This document shows, piece after piece, positions 1-11,947 of a DNA stretch of 64,000 nucleotides (within the stretch, counting starts at the first letter, position 1; every line of letters starts with the position of its first letter). Source of the DNA: Felis catus (Eukaryota); contig NC_058368.1 in the NCBI RefSeq assembly GCF_018350175.1, positions 114,206,001-114,270,000 of the forward strand. Direction: 5' to 3'. The translations under genes were made by a program, and so were the position numbers. A model generated the notes under the pieces. The model saw only the letters and a program-made list of their open reading frames with translations. It made no database searches and was not told the origin of the DNA.

Positions 1-551
1 TTCTGAGTTCTGAGATAACATTCATTTCTGTCCATCATCTGAACTAGAATGTATTTTTCTTAAAGAGTTCCACTGAGTCAACTGTGCCCCAGTTAGATAA
101 AAACACATGCCATACTGTATTCTAGGAGCCACACTATTGACTGGCACCCTGTTGCACACCCTGAAAATGCGAAGCCTGGAATGGCCCAACATGCAGCCTA
201 AGTAGCCACAGTCTTAGTGTAAGGATCCACACTAGCTGTCACAGGACCCTTTACAAAAGGAAAAACCTTTTGTTTCACAAACACTGCCAAAAGGGTGAGG
301 ATGTAGAATTAAAAAACACAACATAAATGCCACTCAACCAAGCCCCTCTAGAACAACTCTGAAATATTTTATCAGGTATTGTTCCCCTAGCTCTTTTTCT
401 TGCCATTAATAGCAGGACTTCCAAGTAAAAAGGAATGTTTTCTACTTTTTTTTTTCAATGATAACATGCTTATGTGCACAATTTATTTCTATTCCTATAT
501 ATTCCTTTAATTTACCATATAAGCCCTTAAGTTTAAGAAGAAGGAAGACTC

Positions 552-782
552 GGGGCACCTGGGTGGCTCAGTCGGTTAAGCGTCTGACTTTGGCTTAGGT
601 CATGATCTCATGGTTCGTGAGTTCGAGCCCCACATGGGTCTCTGTGTTGAGCTCAGAGCTTGGAGCCTGCTTCACATTCTGTGTCTCCCTCTCTCTCTGC
701 CCCTCCCCTGCTAGTGCTCTGTCTGTGTCTCTCTCAAAAATAAATAAACATTGTAAAATAATTAAAAAAAAAAAAAAAAAAG
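552..782 (+). mobile_element. CAN-SINE with 15-bp TSD
   Basis: tRNA-derived head, (CT)n, A tail; TSD gaagaaggaagactc at 537-551 and 783-797. Confidence 0.93.
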
Positions 783-819
783 GAAGAAGGAAGACTCAAT
801 TTTGTGATGTTCAACAAAC

Positions 820-921
820 CTTCCATTCTGTTGATAAAATGCTTCTTCAAATTCCCGTAACGTTTTACGTAGCTTCTTCTTTTCAGCTCTAGCTTTCCAA
901 AGTTGTTCCAGTAATTCAGGC
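820..921 (-). CDS. FAM13B: FAM13B exon, 102 nt ([18 protein letters not shown]...QQNGR)
   Basis: ttcag|GCCTGAA...GGAAG|gtttg; within ORF 762..947. Confidence 0.96.
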
Positions 922-1042
922 CTGAAATTTAAATGGAAAGAAAACATTATTGAAAGAACATTTTGACTCTTACCAGGGGTTCAAACACTGGCTACAAACT
1001 AAAGGCACCTCTACAGCAGTATTTAAAAAAAACTTTTTCCTT

Positions 1043-1249
1043 GGGGCGCCTGGGTGGTGCAGTCGGTTAAGCGTCCGACTTCAGCCAGGTCACGATCTCG
1101 CGGTCCGTGAGTTCGAGCCCCGTGTCAGGCTCTGGGCTGATGGCTCGGAGCCTGGAGCCTGTTTCCGATTCTGTGTCTCCCTCTCTCTCTGCCCCTCCCC
1201 CGTTCGTGCTCTGTCTCTCTCTGTCCCAAAAATAAATAAACGTTGAAAT
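1043..1249 (+). mobile_element. Young felid SINE (SINEC_Fc-type)
   Basis: CpG-rich, near-identical to other young copies; TSD aaaaactttttcc at 1028-1040 and 1250-1262. Confidence 0.93.
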
Positions 1250-1291
1250 AAAAACTTTTTCCCTAGGTAATCTTAAAGTGAAACCAGCGCT

Positions 1292-2002
1292 ACTGTGGAA
1301 AACAATATGGAGACTGCTCAAAAAATTAAAAACAGAAGTTACCATATGATCCAGTAATTCCACTCCTATTTACCAAAAGAAAACAAAAACCCTAATTTGA
1401 AAAGAGATAGGCACCCTTATGTTTACTGCACCATTATTTACAATAGCCAAGATATGGAAGCAATCCAAGTGTCCATCAGTAGAGTAATGGATAAAGAAGA
1501 TGTGGTGTACATAAACACATACACACACACACACAGGAATATTACTGGGCCATAAAAAAGGAGATCTTGCCATTTGCAACAACATGGATGAAACTAATGG
1601 GTATATAATGCTAAATGAATTAAGTCAGAGAGATAAAGACAAATACCCTAAGATTTTACTTATATGTGGAATCTAAAAAACAAAATGAACAAATAATAGA
1701 GGTCTCATTAATACAGAGAACAAACTGGGTGACTGTGAGGGAGGTAGACAGGTGAGGAGATAGATACAATAGGTGAACGGGATCTGAATGAGGCACAAAC
1801 TTCCAATTATAAAATAAGTAAGTCACAAAGATGGAAAGTACAGCCCAGGGAATGTAGTCAATAATACTACAATAACATTGTATGGTGACCACACTTGCTG
1901 TGGTGAGCACTGAGTAATATATAGAATTGTCAAATCAATATGGTGTACACCAACCTGAAACTAATAGAGCATGTTGGTTATACCTCAATTAAAAAAAAAA
2001 AA
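1292..2002 (+). mobile_element. 5'-truncated older L1 3' end
   Basis: ORF2 end plus 3' UTR and A tail; degenerate TSD aaagtgaa(a/g)ccag(c/g)gct at 1275-1291 and 2147-2163. Confidence 0.85.
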
Positions 2003-2007
2003 GATCG

Positions 2008-2146
2008 AGCTCTGGGCTGATGGCTCAGAGCCTGGAGCCTGTTTCCGATTCTGTGTCTCCCTCTCTCTCTGCCCCTCCCCCGTTCATGCTCTGTCTCTCT
2101 CTGTCCCAAAAATAAATAAACGTTGAAAAAAAAAAAATTTAAAAAA
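2008..2146 (+). mobile_element. 5'-truncated young felid SINE inside L1 A tail
   Basis: Starts mid-element at gctctgggctgatgg, lacks the tRNA head. Confidence 0.88.
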
Positions 2147-2426
2147 AAAGTGAAGCCAGGGCTGAAAACCAGTTACACACCATACCAGGGAAAGAAGCTG
2201 AGAGAGAACAAACCTAACTAGCTGATTCCTGTACTGTTATGAAGCAAATGCAGGATTTTAGTTTCTTTAATTTTTAAAACACAGTGATTTATAAATCACA
2301 CTCTAAAAAGGGTCCATCTCTGAAGCACTACATTAATTCCCTCCAAGTTCTTGTTTACTTAACATTTACACCAGCATGTAAATTTTATTATACAAATAGG
2401 TTAAAATCACAAACCAGCAAACATAC

Positions 2427-2590
2427 ATAGAAGCTGCTCGAGTACTTGACAATCGGAGATCCAGAGCCAGTTTTTCCTGATTTTCTTCAACATCAGATTC
2501 AGAGTTTTCCAATGAAGACTGTGCCTGCACAGCAGTTTTCAAGATATCAGTTAGCTCAGAGGACAGAGTAACACCATCTTCTTCTTCTTC
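2427..2590 (-). CDS. FAM13B: FAM13B exon, 164 nt ([13 protein letters not shown]...TRAASM)
   Basis: attag|GAAGAA...TCTAT|gtatg; preceded by an 87-nt intron; phase 0 to 2. Confidence 0.95.
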
Positions 2591-2677
2591 CTAATAAGTT
2601 ATTGAACAGATAAACAAGCCATGACTCAACTTTTTCCTTAAGAAAGACATCAGAGAATGAATTCTCTTAAGGATTAC

Positions 2678-2761
2678 CTTGATTTCTTCAAAAAAATGGG
2701 CAGTTTCTCCTTCTATGATTGGTTGTAACATCTGACCCCTTCGCTTGGTAGATGGAGATCC
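2678..2761 (-). CDS. FAM13B: FAM13B exon, 84 nt ([28 protein letters not shown])
   Basis: tacag|GGATCT...ATCAAG|gtaat; phase 0 to 0. Confidence 0.96.
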
Positions 2762-3059
2762 CTGTAACATAAAAATGGTTTACACTTTAAATATTTAAAG
2801 CATTCAAGGAAGCTTCATTCACTATGAACAGATATAAAACTTTTATTTTCAAAACCTTAACCACATGAAATAAAATTTTTAGGATTCCTTAGTAAATTTA
2901 TTTTTGTTTATGTTTTCTTATTTACGTATGCACAAGAGTGCTAAATGTTCATTTATGTCTGGATACTCTAAAAGAGCTCATTCCATAAATATTTTTTAAA
3001 AAAGAAAGTATTACATGCAATTTTATTTGGAGCATTTGCCTTTTTAACAATAGCTGTCA

Positions 3060-3990
3060 ATAGCTTTCATTTTCCCTTTTTATGGCTAACTGATATTCCA
3101 ATATTTGCATAAAGCACAATTTGTTTATCTATCAGTTGCTGGACATGTGGGTTTTTTCCTATATTTTAGCCATTAGGAATGATGCTGTATGAACAATTGT
3201 GTACAAGTTTTTGTACAGACATATTTTCAATTCTCTGAGGCATATACCTAGAAGGAGAATTGCTAGGTTAGATGGCAACTCTATGTTTAACCTTTCGAGG
3301 AACTGCCAAACTAGTTATGAAAGTAGCTGCACCATTTAACATTCTATCAGCAGTGTGTAAGCATTCCAATTTCTCCACATCCTTGTCAACACGGTTATCT
3401 TTTCTCATTAAAGCCATACTAGTGGGTATAAAGTGGTATGTGAATGTGGTTTATTGCATTTCCTAATAACTAATGATGCTGAACATCTTTTCAAGTGCCT
3501 AATGGCCACTTACAGATCGCTGAAGAAATGTTTATTCAAATCCTTTGTCCACTTTTTAATTGGGTTATTTAACTTTTTATTATTAAACTCTAAGAGTTCT
3601 TTATATATTCTGGTACCAGTCCCTTATCAGATACATGATTTACAAACATTTTATCCCATTCTGTTGGTTGTCTTTTCAATTCAAAATGTCCTTTCATGCA
3701 CGATATTTTTTAATTTTGATGAGGTCCAATTTATTTTTTTTTTTGACAGTGTTTTTGCTGTCATATCCAAGAAAACCCGGCCTAATTCAAGATTGCAAAG
3801 ATTTATTCTTCTATTTCCTATGACTTTTATAGTTTTAGCTCTTACAATTAGGTCAATGAACCATTCTGAGTTAAATTTTGTGTGAGATAAGGGTCTACAT
3901 TCATGCTTTTTTTTTTTGCATGTGAATACTCAATGGTCTCAAGAACATTTGCTGAAAAAAATTATTCTTTCCTATCAAACTGTCTTGGCT
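3060..3990 (-). mobile_element. Old degraded L1 (ORF2 3' region)
   Basis: Diverged L1 ORF2 C-terminal sequence. Confidence 0.75.
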
Positions 3991-3997
3991 TAACTTT

Positions 3998-4776
3998 GTT
4001 TTTTTTTTAAATGAAATTTATTGTCAAATTGGTTTCCATACCACATCCAGTGCTCATCCCAAAAAATGCCCTCTTCAATACCCATCACCCACCCTCCCCT
4101 CCCTCCCACCCCCCATCAACCCTAAGTTTGTTCTCAGTTTTTAAGAGCCTCTTATGCTTTGGCTCTCTCCCACTCAAACCTCTTTTTTTTTTTTTTCCTT
4201 CCCCTCCCCCATGGGTTTCTGTTAAGTTTCTCAGGATCCACATAAGAGTGAAACCATATGGTATCTGTCTTTCTCCGTATGGCTTATTTCACTTAGCATC
4301 ACACTCTCCAGTTCCATCCACGTTGCTACAAAGGGCCATATTTCGTTCTTTCTCATTGCCATGTAGTACTCCATTGTGTATATAAACCACAATTTCTTTA
4401 TCCATTCATCAGCTGATGGACATTTAGGCTCTTTCCACAATTTGGCTATTGTTGAGAGTGCTGCTATAAACATTGGGGTACAAGTGCCCCTATGCATCAG
4501 TACTCTTGTATCCCTTGGGTAAATTCCTAGCAGTGCTACTGCTGGGTCATAGGGTAGGTCTATTTTTAATTTTTTGAGGAACCTCCACACTGTTTTCCAG
4601 AGTAGCCGCACCAGTTTGCATTCCCAACAACAGTGCAAGACGGTTCCCGTTTCTCCAGCATCTATAGTCTCCTGATTTGTTCATTTTGGCCACTCTGACT
4701 GGCGTGAGGTGATATCTGAGTGTGGTTTTGATTTGTATTTCCCTGATGAGGAGCGACGTTGAGCATCTTTTCATGT
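3998..4776 (-). mobile_element. Young felid L1, 5'-truncated, 13-bp TSD
   Basis: ORF2 C-terminus in ORFs 4231..4638 and 4547..4774; TSD ttggcttaacttt at 3985-3997 and 4777-4789. Confidence 0.95.
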
Positions 4777-5533
4777 TTGGCTTAACTTTTACACTTCAAA
4801 TTTCTCTATGTGATCGTCATATTTAGGAGTCCCATAAGATCTAGTAATGCTTCCTAAAGCTTCGGTTTTATTTTAAAAAAACTTGTGGATTTCTCAAATG
4901 GTTTTCATAAAGAAATTTGAAGACTTTGAATTTGAATTATGAAAATGTCAGTGACACACAGAATGCCTTGTAATCAAAGAATTAAGATGTGTATCAAATA
5001 TGTGCAAATATAAACTACACAGGATTCCTATTCAAAGAAAACTGATTTTATCTAAATGAAATAGTGTTGGGATGAGCAACTAAAAAAAAGCAGCCAATTA
5101 AAAAGAATCCATTTATATGGGAATTAAATAAAAAATGCTCAGAAAGCCAATGTGAGCCTTCTAATAATGAGTAGTCAAAGCCTGAAAGAAACCCCCATGC
5201 AAGTGACTATCAATCTAAAAATGACCCTACATGCCTAAGCAAACCATGAGTTCCACTGAATTAATTCCTACAAGATGATTCAGAATGGGCTACATGCAGC
5301 TTTCTATTTGAGCCTGAGAGAAATCTAGAGTCATAGTATCTATGGGTTAATTTGGGGATAGCAATTAATTTGTACGTATCATTTGTTTTTCTCTAAAAAT
5401 GTACACCAAGGTGAATGCGTATTATTTTAATACTTCTTCACTAAAAAAGATGAACTTGAAAAAAATCAGTTTATTAGATTGTACAATTAATTAAGTCAAC
5501 ATCATGACAGCTATCACAAAACTAATGTGTTTC

Positions 5534-6157
5534 TTTTTTTTATTATTTCTTCAAATATTTTTTTTAATTTTTTCAATATATGAAATTTATTGTCAAATTG
5601 GTTTCCATACAACACCCAGTGCTCATCCCAAAAGGTGCCCTCCTCAGTACCCATCACCCACCCTCCACTCCTTCCCACCCCCCATCAACCCTCAGTTCTC
5701 AGTTTTTAAGAGGCTCTTATGCTTTGGCTCTCTCCCACTCAAACCTCTTTTTTTTTTTTTTCCTTCCCCTCCCCCATGGGTTTCTGTTAAGTTTCTCAGG
5801 ATCCACATAAGAGTGAAACCATATGGTATCTGTCTTTCTCTGTATGGCTTATTTCACTTAGCATCACACTCTCCAGTTCCATCCACGTTGCTACAAAGGG
5901 CCATATTTCATTCTTTCTCATTGCCATGTAGTACTCCATTGTGTATATAGACCACAATTTCTTTATCCATTCATCAGCTGATGGACATTTAGGCTCTTTC
6001 CACAATTTGGCTATTGTTGAGAGTGCTGCTATAAACATTGGGGTACAAGTGCCCCTATGCATCAGTACTCCTGTATCCCTTGGGTAAATTCCTAGCAGTG
6101 CTACTGCTGGGTCACAGGGTAGGTCTATTTTTAATTTTCTGAGGAAACTCCACACTG
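5534..6157 (-). mobile_element. Young felid L1, 5'-truncated, 17-bp TSD
   Basis: ORF2 end plus 3' UTR; TSD caaaactaatgtgtttc at 5517-5533 and 6158-6174. Confidence 0.95.
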
Positions 6158-6178
6158 CAAAACTAATGTGTTTCAAAC

Positions 6179-8049
6179 ACATGAATTTATCAGCAAAGTT
6201 GCAGGATACAAAATTAATGTACAGAAATCAGTTGCATTCTTATATACTAATAATGAAGCAACAGAAAGACAAATAAAGAAACTGATCCCATTCACAACTG
6301 TACCAAGAATCCTACAATACCTAGGAATAAACCTAACCAAAGATGTAAAAGATCTGTATGCTGAAAAAGCTTATGAAGGAAATTGAAGAAGATACCAAGA
6401 AATGGAAAAAACAATCCATGCTCATGGATTGGAAAAGTAAATATTGTTAAGATGTCAATACTACTCAAAGCAATCTACACATTCAAAGCAATACCAATTA
6501 AAATTGCATCAGCATTCTTCTCTAAGTTAGAACAAGCAATCCTAAAATTTGTATGGAACCACAAAAGACCCAGAATAGCCAAAGTAATACTGAAGAAGAC
6601 CAAAGCAGGAGGCATCACAATCCCAGACTTTACCCTCTACTACAAAGCTGTAAGCCATCAAGACAGCATGGTATTGGCACAAAAACAGACACACACACCA
6701 ATGGAATAGAACAGAGACTCCAGAATTGAACCCACAAAAGTATGGCCAACTCATCTTTGACAAAGCAGGAAAGAATATCCAATGGAAAAAAGACAGTCTC
6801 TTTAACACATGGTGCTGGGAGAACTGGGCAGCAACATGCAGAAGAATGAAACTAGACCACTTTCTTACACCATTCACAAAAATAAACTCAAAGTGGATGA
6901 AAGACCTGAATGTGAGACAGGAAACCATCAAAACCCTAGAGGAGAAGCAGGAAAAAACCTCTCTGACCTCAGCCACAGCAATTTCTTACTTGACACATCT
7001 CCAAAGGCAAGGGAATTAAAAGCAAAAATGAACTACTGGGACCTCATGAAGATAAAAAGCTTCTGCACAGCAAAGGAAACAATCAACAAAACTAAAAGGC
7101 AACCAATGGAATAGGAAAGGATATTTGCAAATGACATATCGGATAAAGGGCTAGTATCCAAAATCTATGAAGAGCTCACCAAACTCTACACCCGAAAAAC
7201 AAATAATCCAGTGAAGAAATGGGCAGAAAACATGAACAGACACTTCTCTAAAGAAGACATCCATATAGCCAACAGGGACATGAAAAGATGCTCAATATCA
7301 CTCCTCATCAGGGAAATACAAATCAAAACCACACTCAGATATCACCTCACACCAGTCAGAGTGGCTAAAATGAGCAAATCAGGAGACTATAGATGCTGGA
7401 GAGGATGTGGAGAAACGGGAACCCTCTTGCACTGTTGGTGGGAATGCAAACTGGTGCGGCCACTCTGGAAAACAGTGTGGAGGTTCCTCAAAAAATTAAA
7501 AATACATCTACCCTATGACCCAGCAATAGCACTGCTAGGAACTTACCCAAGGGATACAAGAGTGGTGATGCAGAGGGGCACTTGTACCCCAATGTTTATA
7601 GCAGCACTTTCAACAATAGTCAAATTATGGAAAGAGCCAAAATGTCCATCAACTGATGAATGGATAAAGAAGTTGTGGTTTATACATACAATGGAATACT
7701 ACTTGGCAATGAGAAAGAATGAAATATGGCCTTTTGTAGCAACGTGGATGGAACTAGAGAGTGTTATGCTAAGTGAAATAAGTCATACAGAGAAAAATAG
7801 ATACCATATGTTTTCACTTTTATGTGGATCCTGAGAAACTTAACTGAAGACCATGGGGGAGGGGAAGGGGAAAAAAAGAGAGGGAGGGAAGCAAACCATA
7901 AGAGACTCTTACAAACTGAGAATAAACTGAAGGTTGATGGGGGATGGGAGGGAGGGGAAAGTGTGTGATGGGTATTAAGGAGGGCACCTGTTGGGATGAG
8001 TAAGGGGTATTGTAAGAAAACCAATTTGACAATAAATTTCATATTAAAA
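6179..8049 (+). mobile_element. Felid L1, about 1.9 kb, disrupted ORF2 3' part and 3' UTR
   Basis: Frameshifted ORF2 pieces ([22 protein letters not shown]) in ORFs from 6168 to 7834, then 3' UTR with AATAAA. Confidence 0.95.
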
Positions 8050-8119
8050 CACACACACGCGCACGCGCGCATATTTAAATTGAAAGAAACTAGACCAGGG
8101 TCTGAAATTTGTTTTTTGT

Positions 8120-8285
8120 GGGGGACACCTGCTGGCTCATTTGGTTAAGCATTCAACTCTTGATTTCACCTCAGGTCACGGTTGTGAGATCGAGTCCCAT
8201 GTGAGCCCCATGTTGCATCAGGCTGTGTGCTGGGCATGGACCTGCTTAAGAATCTTTCTTCCTCTCCCTCTGCCCCTCTCCACTT
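8120..8285 (+). mobile_element. Older CAN-SINE
   Basis: Diverged head and body. Confidence 0.8.
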
Positions 8286-8290
8286 GTAAT

Positions 8291-8497
8291 GGGAAGGGGA
8301 AGGGAAGGGGAAGGGAGCGAGAAGAGAGGGGGAGAGAGAGGGAGGGAGGGAGAGAGAGAGAAAGAGAAGGGAAGAGAAAAGAGAGGGAGGGAGGGAAAGA
8401 AAGGAAGAGACAGAGAGGAAGAGAGGAAGGAAGGAAGGAAGGAAGGAAGGAAGGAAGGAAGGAAGGAAGGAAGGAAGGAAGGAAGGAAGGAAGGAAT
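8291..8497 (+). repeat. Polypurine tract ending in (GGAA)n
   Basis: About 200 nt almost only G/A, following the SINE. Confidence 0.95.
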
Positions 8498-8843
8498 CGT
8501 TTTTTTTAATTCCACAACGTAGCTTACCCTGGGTGTATCACTCCTTAGCCCCAGTTTCATCATGTGTGAAAAGGAGGCTATTATCTGCTACCTGTTCTGA
8601 CTTGTCAAGATTTAATAACATCTTCTTTTATGATATACATAGAGTGCTTTTACAAGTGCCTGGGAGATGGGAGGTACACACTGATTGTTAATTTCCTATC
8701 TTCTAAAAACAGTAACCTCACCTTACATATACAATTCTTGCTACTTTAGCTGTGTATTTCTCCAATATACCACCATAAAAGTATTTTTTAAAGGGTAGGC
8801 CTTGGTAAAACAAACTAGATAAAGCTTTGTGTGTTTTACTCAC

Positions 8844-8939
8844 AAGGACAGGAGTGATGCTAGCTCTTGTCAGCATCTGTTTTACAAGTCTGTATCTCTC
8901 ATAGAGAGGTTTCACAATGTGTCTTTCTTCCCTGGTCAC
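8844..8939 (-). CDS. FAM13B: FAM13B exon, 96 nt ([16 protein letters not shown]...TPVL)
   Basis: tttag|GTGACC...GTCCTT|gtgag; phase 0 to 0. Confidence 0.96.
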
Positions 8940-9168
8940 CTAAAGCAAGGAAAATGGCAATTACCTAGTCATCAGAAAATTTGAAGTCCAAAGCATTAAG
9001 CAATATGACTTTCACCCAATTTTTAAGAAGTTATTTTAAATAAATAGGCAATCTTATGAATGCAGGAAACAGTGCTCTATAAAACAGCTCTGCAGATGTG
9101 GGCCGCAAAGGTGATTCGTGATCTTTTTTAAGATGGAAAATCAAATGTTTTTAGCAAGAGACACTTAC

Positions 9169-9252
9169 CGGCCTTCCATGTTGACTTTCATAGTAAAGAA
9201 GACTTTTCTGGAGAGAAGTTTTCTCTTCTATCAAGTGATCTTTTGTCATTTT
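9169..9252 (-). CDS. FAM13B: FAM13B exon, 84 nt ([11 protein letters not shown]...QHGRP)
   Basis: tgtag|AAAATG...AGGCCG|gtaag; phase 0 to 0. Confidence 0.96.
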
Positions 9253-9624
9253 CTACAATTTAAAAGAAAAAATAAATAAAAAAACCACTCTCACTGGCAT
9301 CATCATGATTTTCATCATCCCCACAACGTAAATAATTAGGGTAAAAGGGCAGCCAATCACCACTCCAGCCTAGAATAATACAGTCTTTCCTGGGGCACCT
9401 GGCTGGTTCAGTCTGTTAGTATGCAACTCTTGATCTTGGGGTTGTGAGTTTGAGCCCCATGATGGATATAAAGATTACTTAAAAAAAACATTTTTAAAAA
9501 AAGAATGCAGCCTTTCCTTACAGATTTGCAGACATTTTTCGAATGTGGTCTTCTAATAAGGAGGTACCAACCCTCTTTGGTGGCTTATTTATATTTTACC
9601 TAAATAAATTATGAATACTGGCTT

Positions 9625-9800
9625 AGTGACCTTGGGTAAGTTAAATTCTTTTTGTCCAATATTCTAATCTATAAAATAGGGATACTAGACCCTACCTCAT
9701 AGGGCTTTACTGAGGACTAAATGAGTTAATATGTTACAAAGGCATTTATAATAGTGCCTACCTACCACACAACAGGCACACACAAATGCCTATTGATTAA
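9625..9800 (+). mobile_element. MIR
   Basis: gtgaccttgggtaagtta...cctacctcatagggc...aaatgagttaata core. Confidence 0.8.
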
Positions 9801-10253
9801 TTTTGCAGTCTTCTATTAGCATTGTAACTATAATTTCATATATACACATAAAACACACACACACAATAGCACAGATCTAATAATCTACCATTTCTACTAA
9901 ACTATTAAGAAAATCTGGCAGCAGTATAGTAGATAAATCTTGAAAAAGTGAAACACTGCCAATTTGTGACCTAGACTTCTACTATATAAGCTCAGTTTCC
10001 CTTCCTATATGATGCTTTCTTTACATGCAATACTCATCTCCTATCTTTCAGTACTCTAAACTGTAACAGAGGAAAGACATCCCAAACTTATTTGCCCACA
10101 GAACCTTCCCACTTTGTTCCACGGGACCACCTTTTAACATCTCAAAAAACCGATGTTCCACTGAACAGCCTTTTGAACACCAGACCAAACAGACTCTCTA
10201 CTTACTCCCAGGGTGAGACAATCTATGTTTCTCACCAGAGTGGAAGAGAGGTA

Positions 10254-10292
<39 letters not shown>

Positions 10293-10456
10293 CACTGGAT
10301 AATATCTTCCTGTAACTAATACATTAGATTATATACATCCAGTAGAGGACAGCTAGGGATAGCCTATAAAACACTGTGATTTCAACCTCAAGCCAGCACT
10401 TTAAACCTAAGACAATGAATTCAAATTATGATGATCCAATCAAAATCATCTCTAGA

Positions 10457-10607
10457 GACTCTTAAAAACTGAGAACAAACCGAGGGTTGATAGGGGGTTG
10501 GAGGGAGGGGAGGGTAGGTGATGGGTACTGAAGAGGGCATCTTTTGGGATGAGCACTGGGTGCTGTATGGAAACCAATTTGACCATAAATTTCATATATT
10601 AAAAAAA
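10457..10607 (+). mobile_element. Short L1 3' UTR insertion, 15-bp TSD
   Basis: TSD aaaatcatctctaga at 10442-10456 and 10608-10622. Confidence 0.92.
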
Positions 10608-11554
10608 AAAATCATCTCTAGAAAACTGGGTGGAGAGAGGGGACAGGAGGTTGGCTGATCTAACACAAAACTGAAAAATAAGAAAAGTGGAGGGAGGGAA
10701 GTGATTAAAAATTCTAATCTAGCCCTGTTCAAGGGAGACAAACACTTCCAATATTTCGATTTTGAGAAAGGTGTACTCTGTTGTCAAGCTAGGAATGAGC
10801 ATCAGGATCAGGGCTCATCACTGCCTACACAAAAGTTCACCTGAGACCAACTCTGTATGGTCTCAGCAAATCTCATCTGATAAATAATTTGGGTTGCCAA
10901 ATGCTCTGACCAGGACTGTCCTAGGAATGGGGTTTATTGAGTTACAGTTCTTTGAAAAAACTCTTTTATTTAATCCTCACAACCATATTGTGTTAGCACT
11001 TTAAAGGACATAATCATATCCATGTGAGTCATAGGACTGTTGAAAGGACACAGGGGCAAAATGGAAATAACACAATGAGTCAGGGCCTGCAAAAGCTAAG
11101 AACTCAATACAAGTAACTATTAAGACACAAGGCTAAGACTCAAGCTCAGTTATGTTTACACTCTTTATATACTCATCTTGCCAAGTGTCTCCAATATAAA
11201 TAAACAGATCAGCATTCTCGTTTCTTTAGTTTTACTTTTTTTTTTTTTTTTTAAGCTCTTATTCCCGAGTAGTCTCTTCACCCAACGTAGGGCTCAAACT
11301 CACTCCCAAGCTCCTGACAGAGTCACATGCTTTACCAACCAAGCCAGCCAAGTGCCCCTTAGTTTTACTACTGTGACTCAGTCCCAGAATGACTGGACAC
11401 TTCGGGTGTGGAGATAAAAACATGTTTATCTGCAAACTTGGGGAGCATCCTCAAACCAATAAGACCACCTACACAATTCTATGCCACTGGGGTAATTATT
11501 TTGTTTCAGGGACTCTAAAGGCTAGTCTGGGCAAAAAGCATAGGTCAAGATTAC

Positions 11555-11784
11555 TTTGATATCTTCTGGAAGACACCTCTCAACACGTTTTTCTTTCAGT
11601 CTTTTCAGAATAAGTTCAAGTGTTGCTTCCTTAGATGGCTTCTTCTCCTTCTGAATAACCCTGGATTCATCTTCATTCTCTTCATCTTCATGGTCTAGAG
11701 AAGAGCCAAAGCTTTTTGGAAGAGTGTTACTACGTGGGCGTGTCTGAGGTACAAATTCTCCATCAGAGCTTTTGTGTTTTGCAT
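11555..11784 (-). CDS. FAM13B: FAM13B exon, 230 nt (DAKHKSSDG...[12 protein letters not shown]...LPEDIK)
   Basis: tgtag|ATGCA...ATCAAA|gtaat; phase 1 to 0. Confidence 0.96.
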
Positions 11785-11947
11785 CTACATTTCAGAACCA
11801 AGACCACAGGTTAGTAATATTGACTTTGTTAAAGATGCAAAAGAATAAGCATGATATACAACAGGAGAGTAGACATTAACAGCACACAGGCTCAGATATG
11901 TCAAGGTTAAATGAAATATTTAAATTCTACAGATAGCAAGCTATACC

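Noticed and set aside
552..630. tRNA genes
   Set aside because: The A/B-box sequences are tRNA-derived SINE heads continuing into SINE bodies.
950..1246. Recurrent ORFs such as GAPGW...VRLQPGHDLAVREFEPR (also 57560, 62915)
   Set aside because: Chance translations of SINE consensus.
7211..7834. 207-aa ORF as a host gene
   Set aside because: It is the L1 ORF2 C-terminus of a truncated, frameshifted element.
5534..8049. Single twin-primed (5'-inverted) L1
   Set aside because: The minus piece has its own TSD and both pieces contain the same 3' end, so they are separate insertions.
8141..8563. Arg/Glu/Gly-rich and PSFL-repeat ORFs
   Set aside because: Translations of the (GGAA)n microsatellite.
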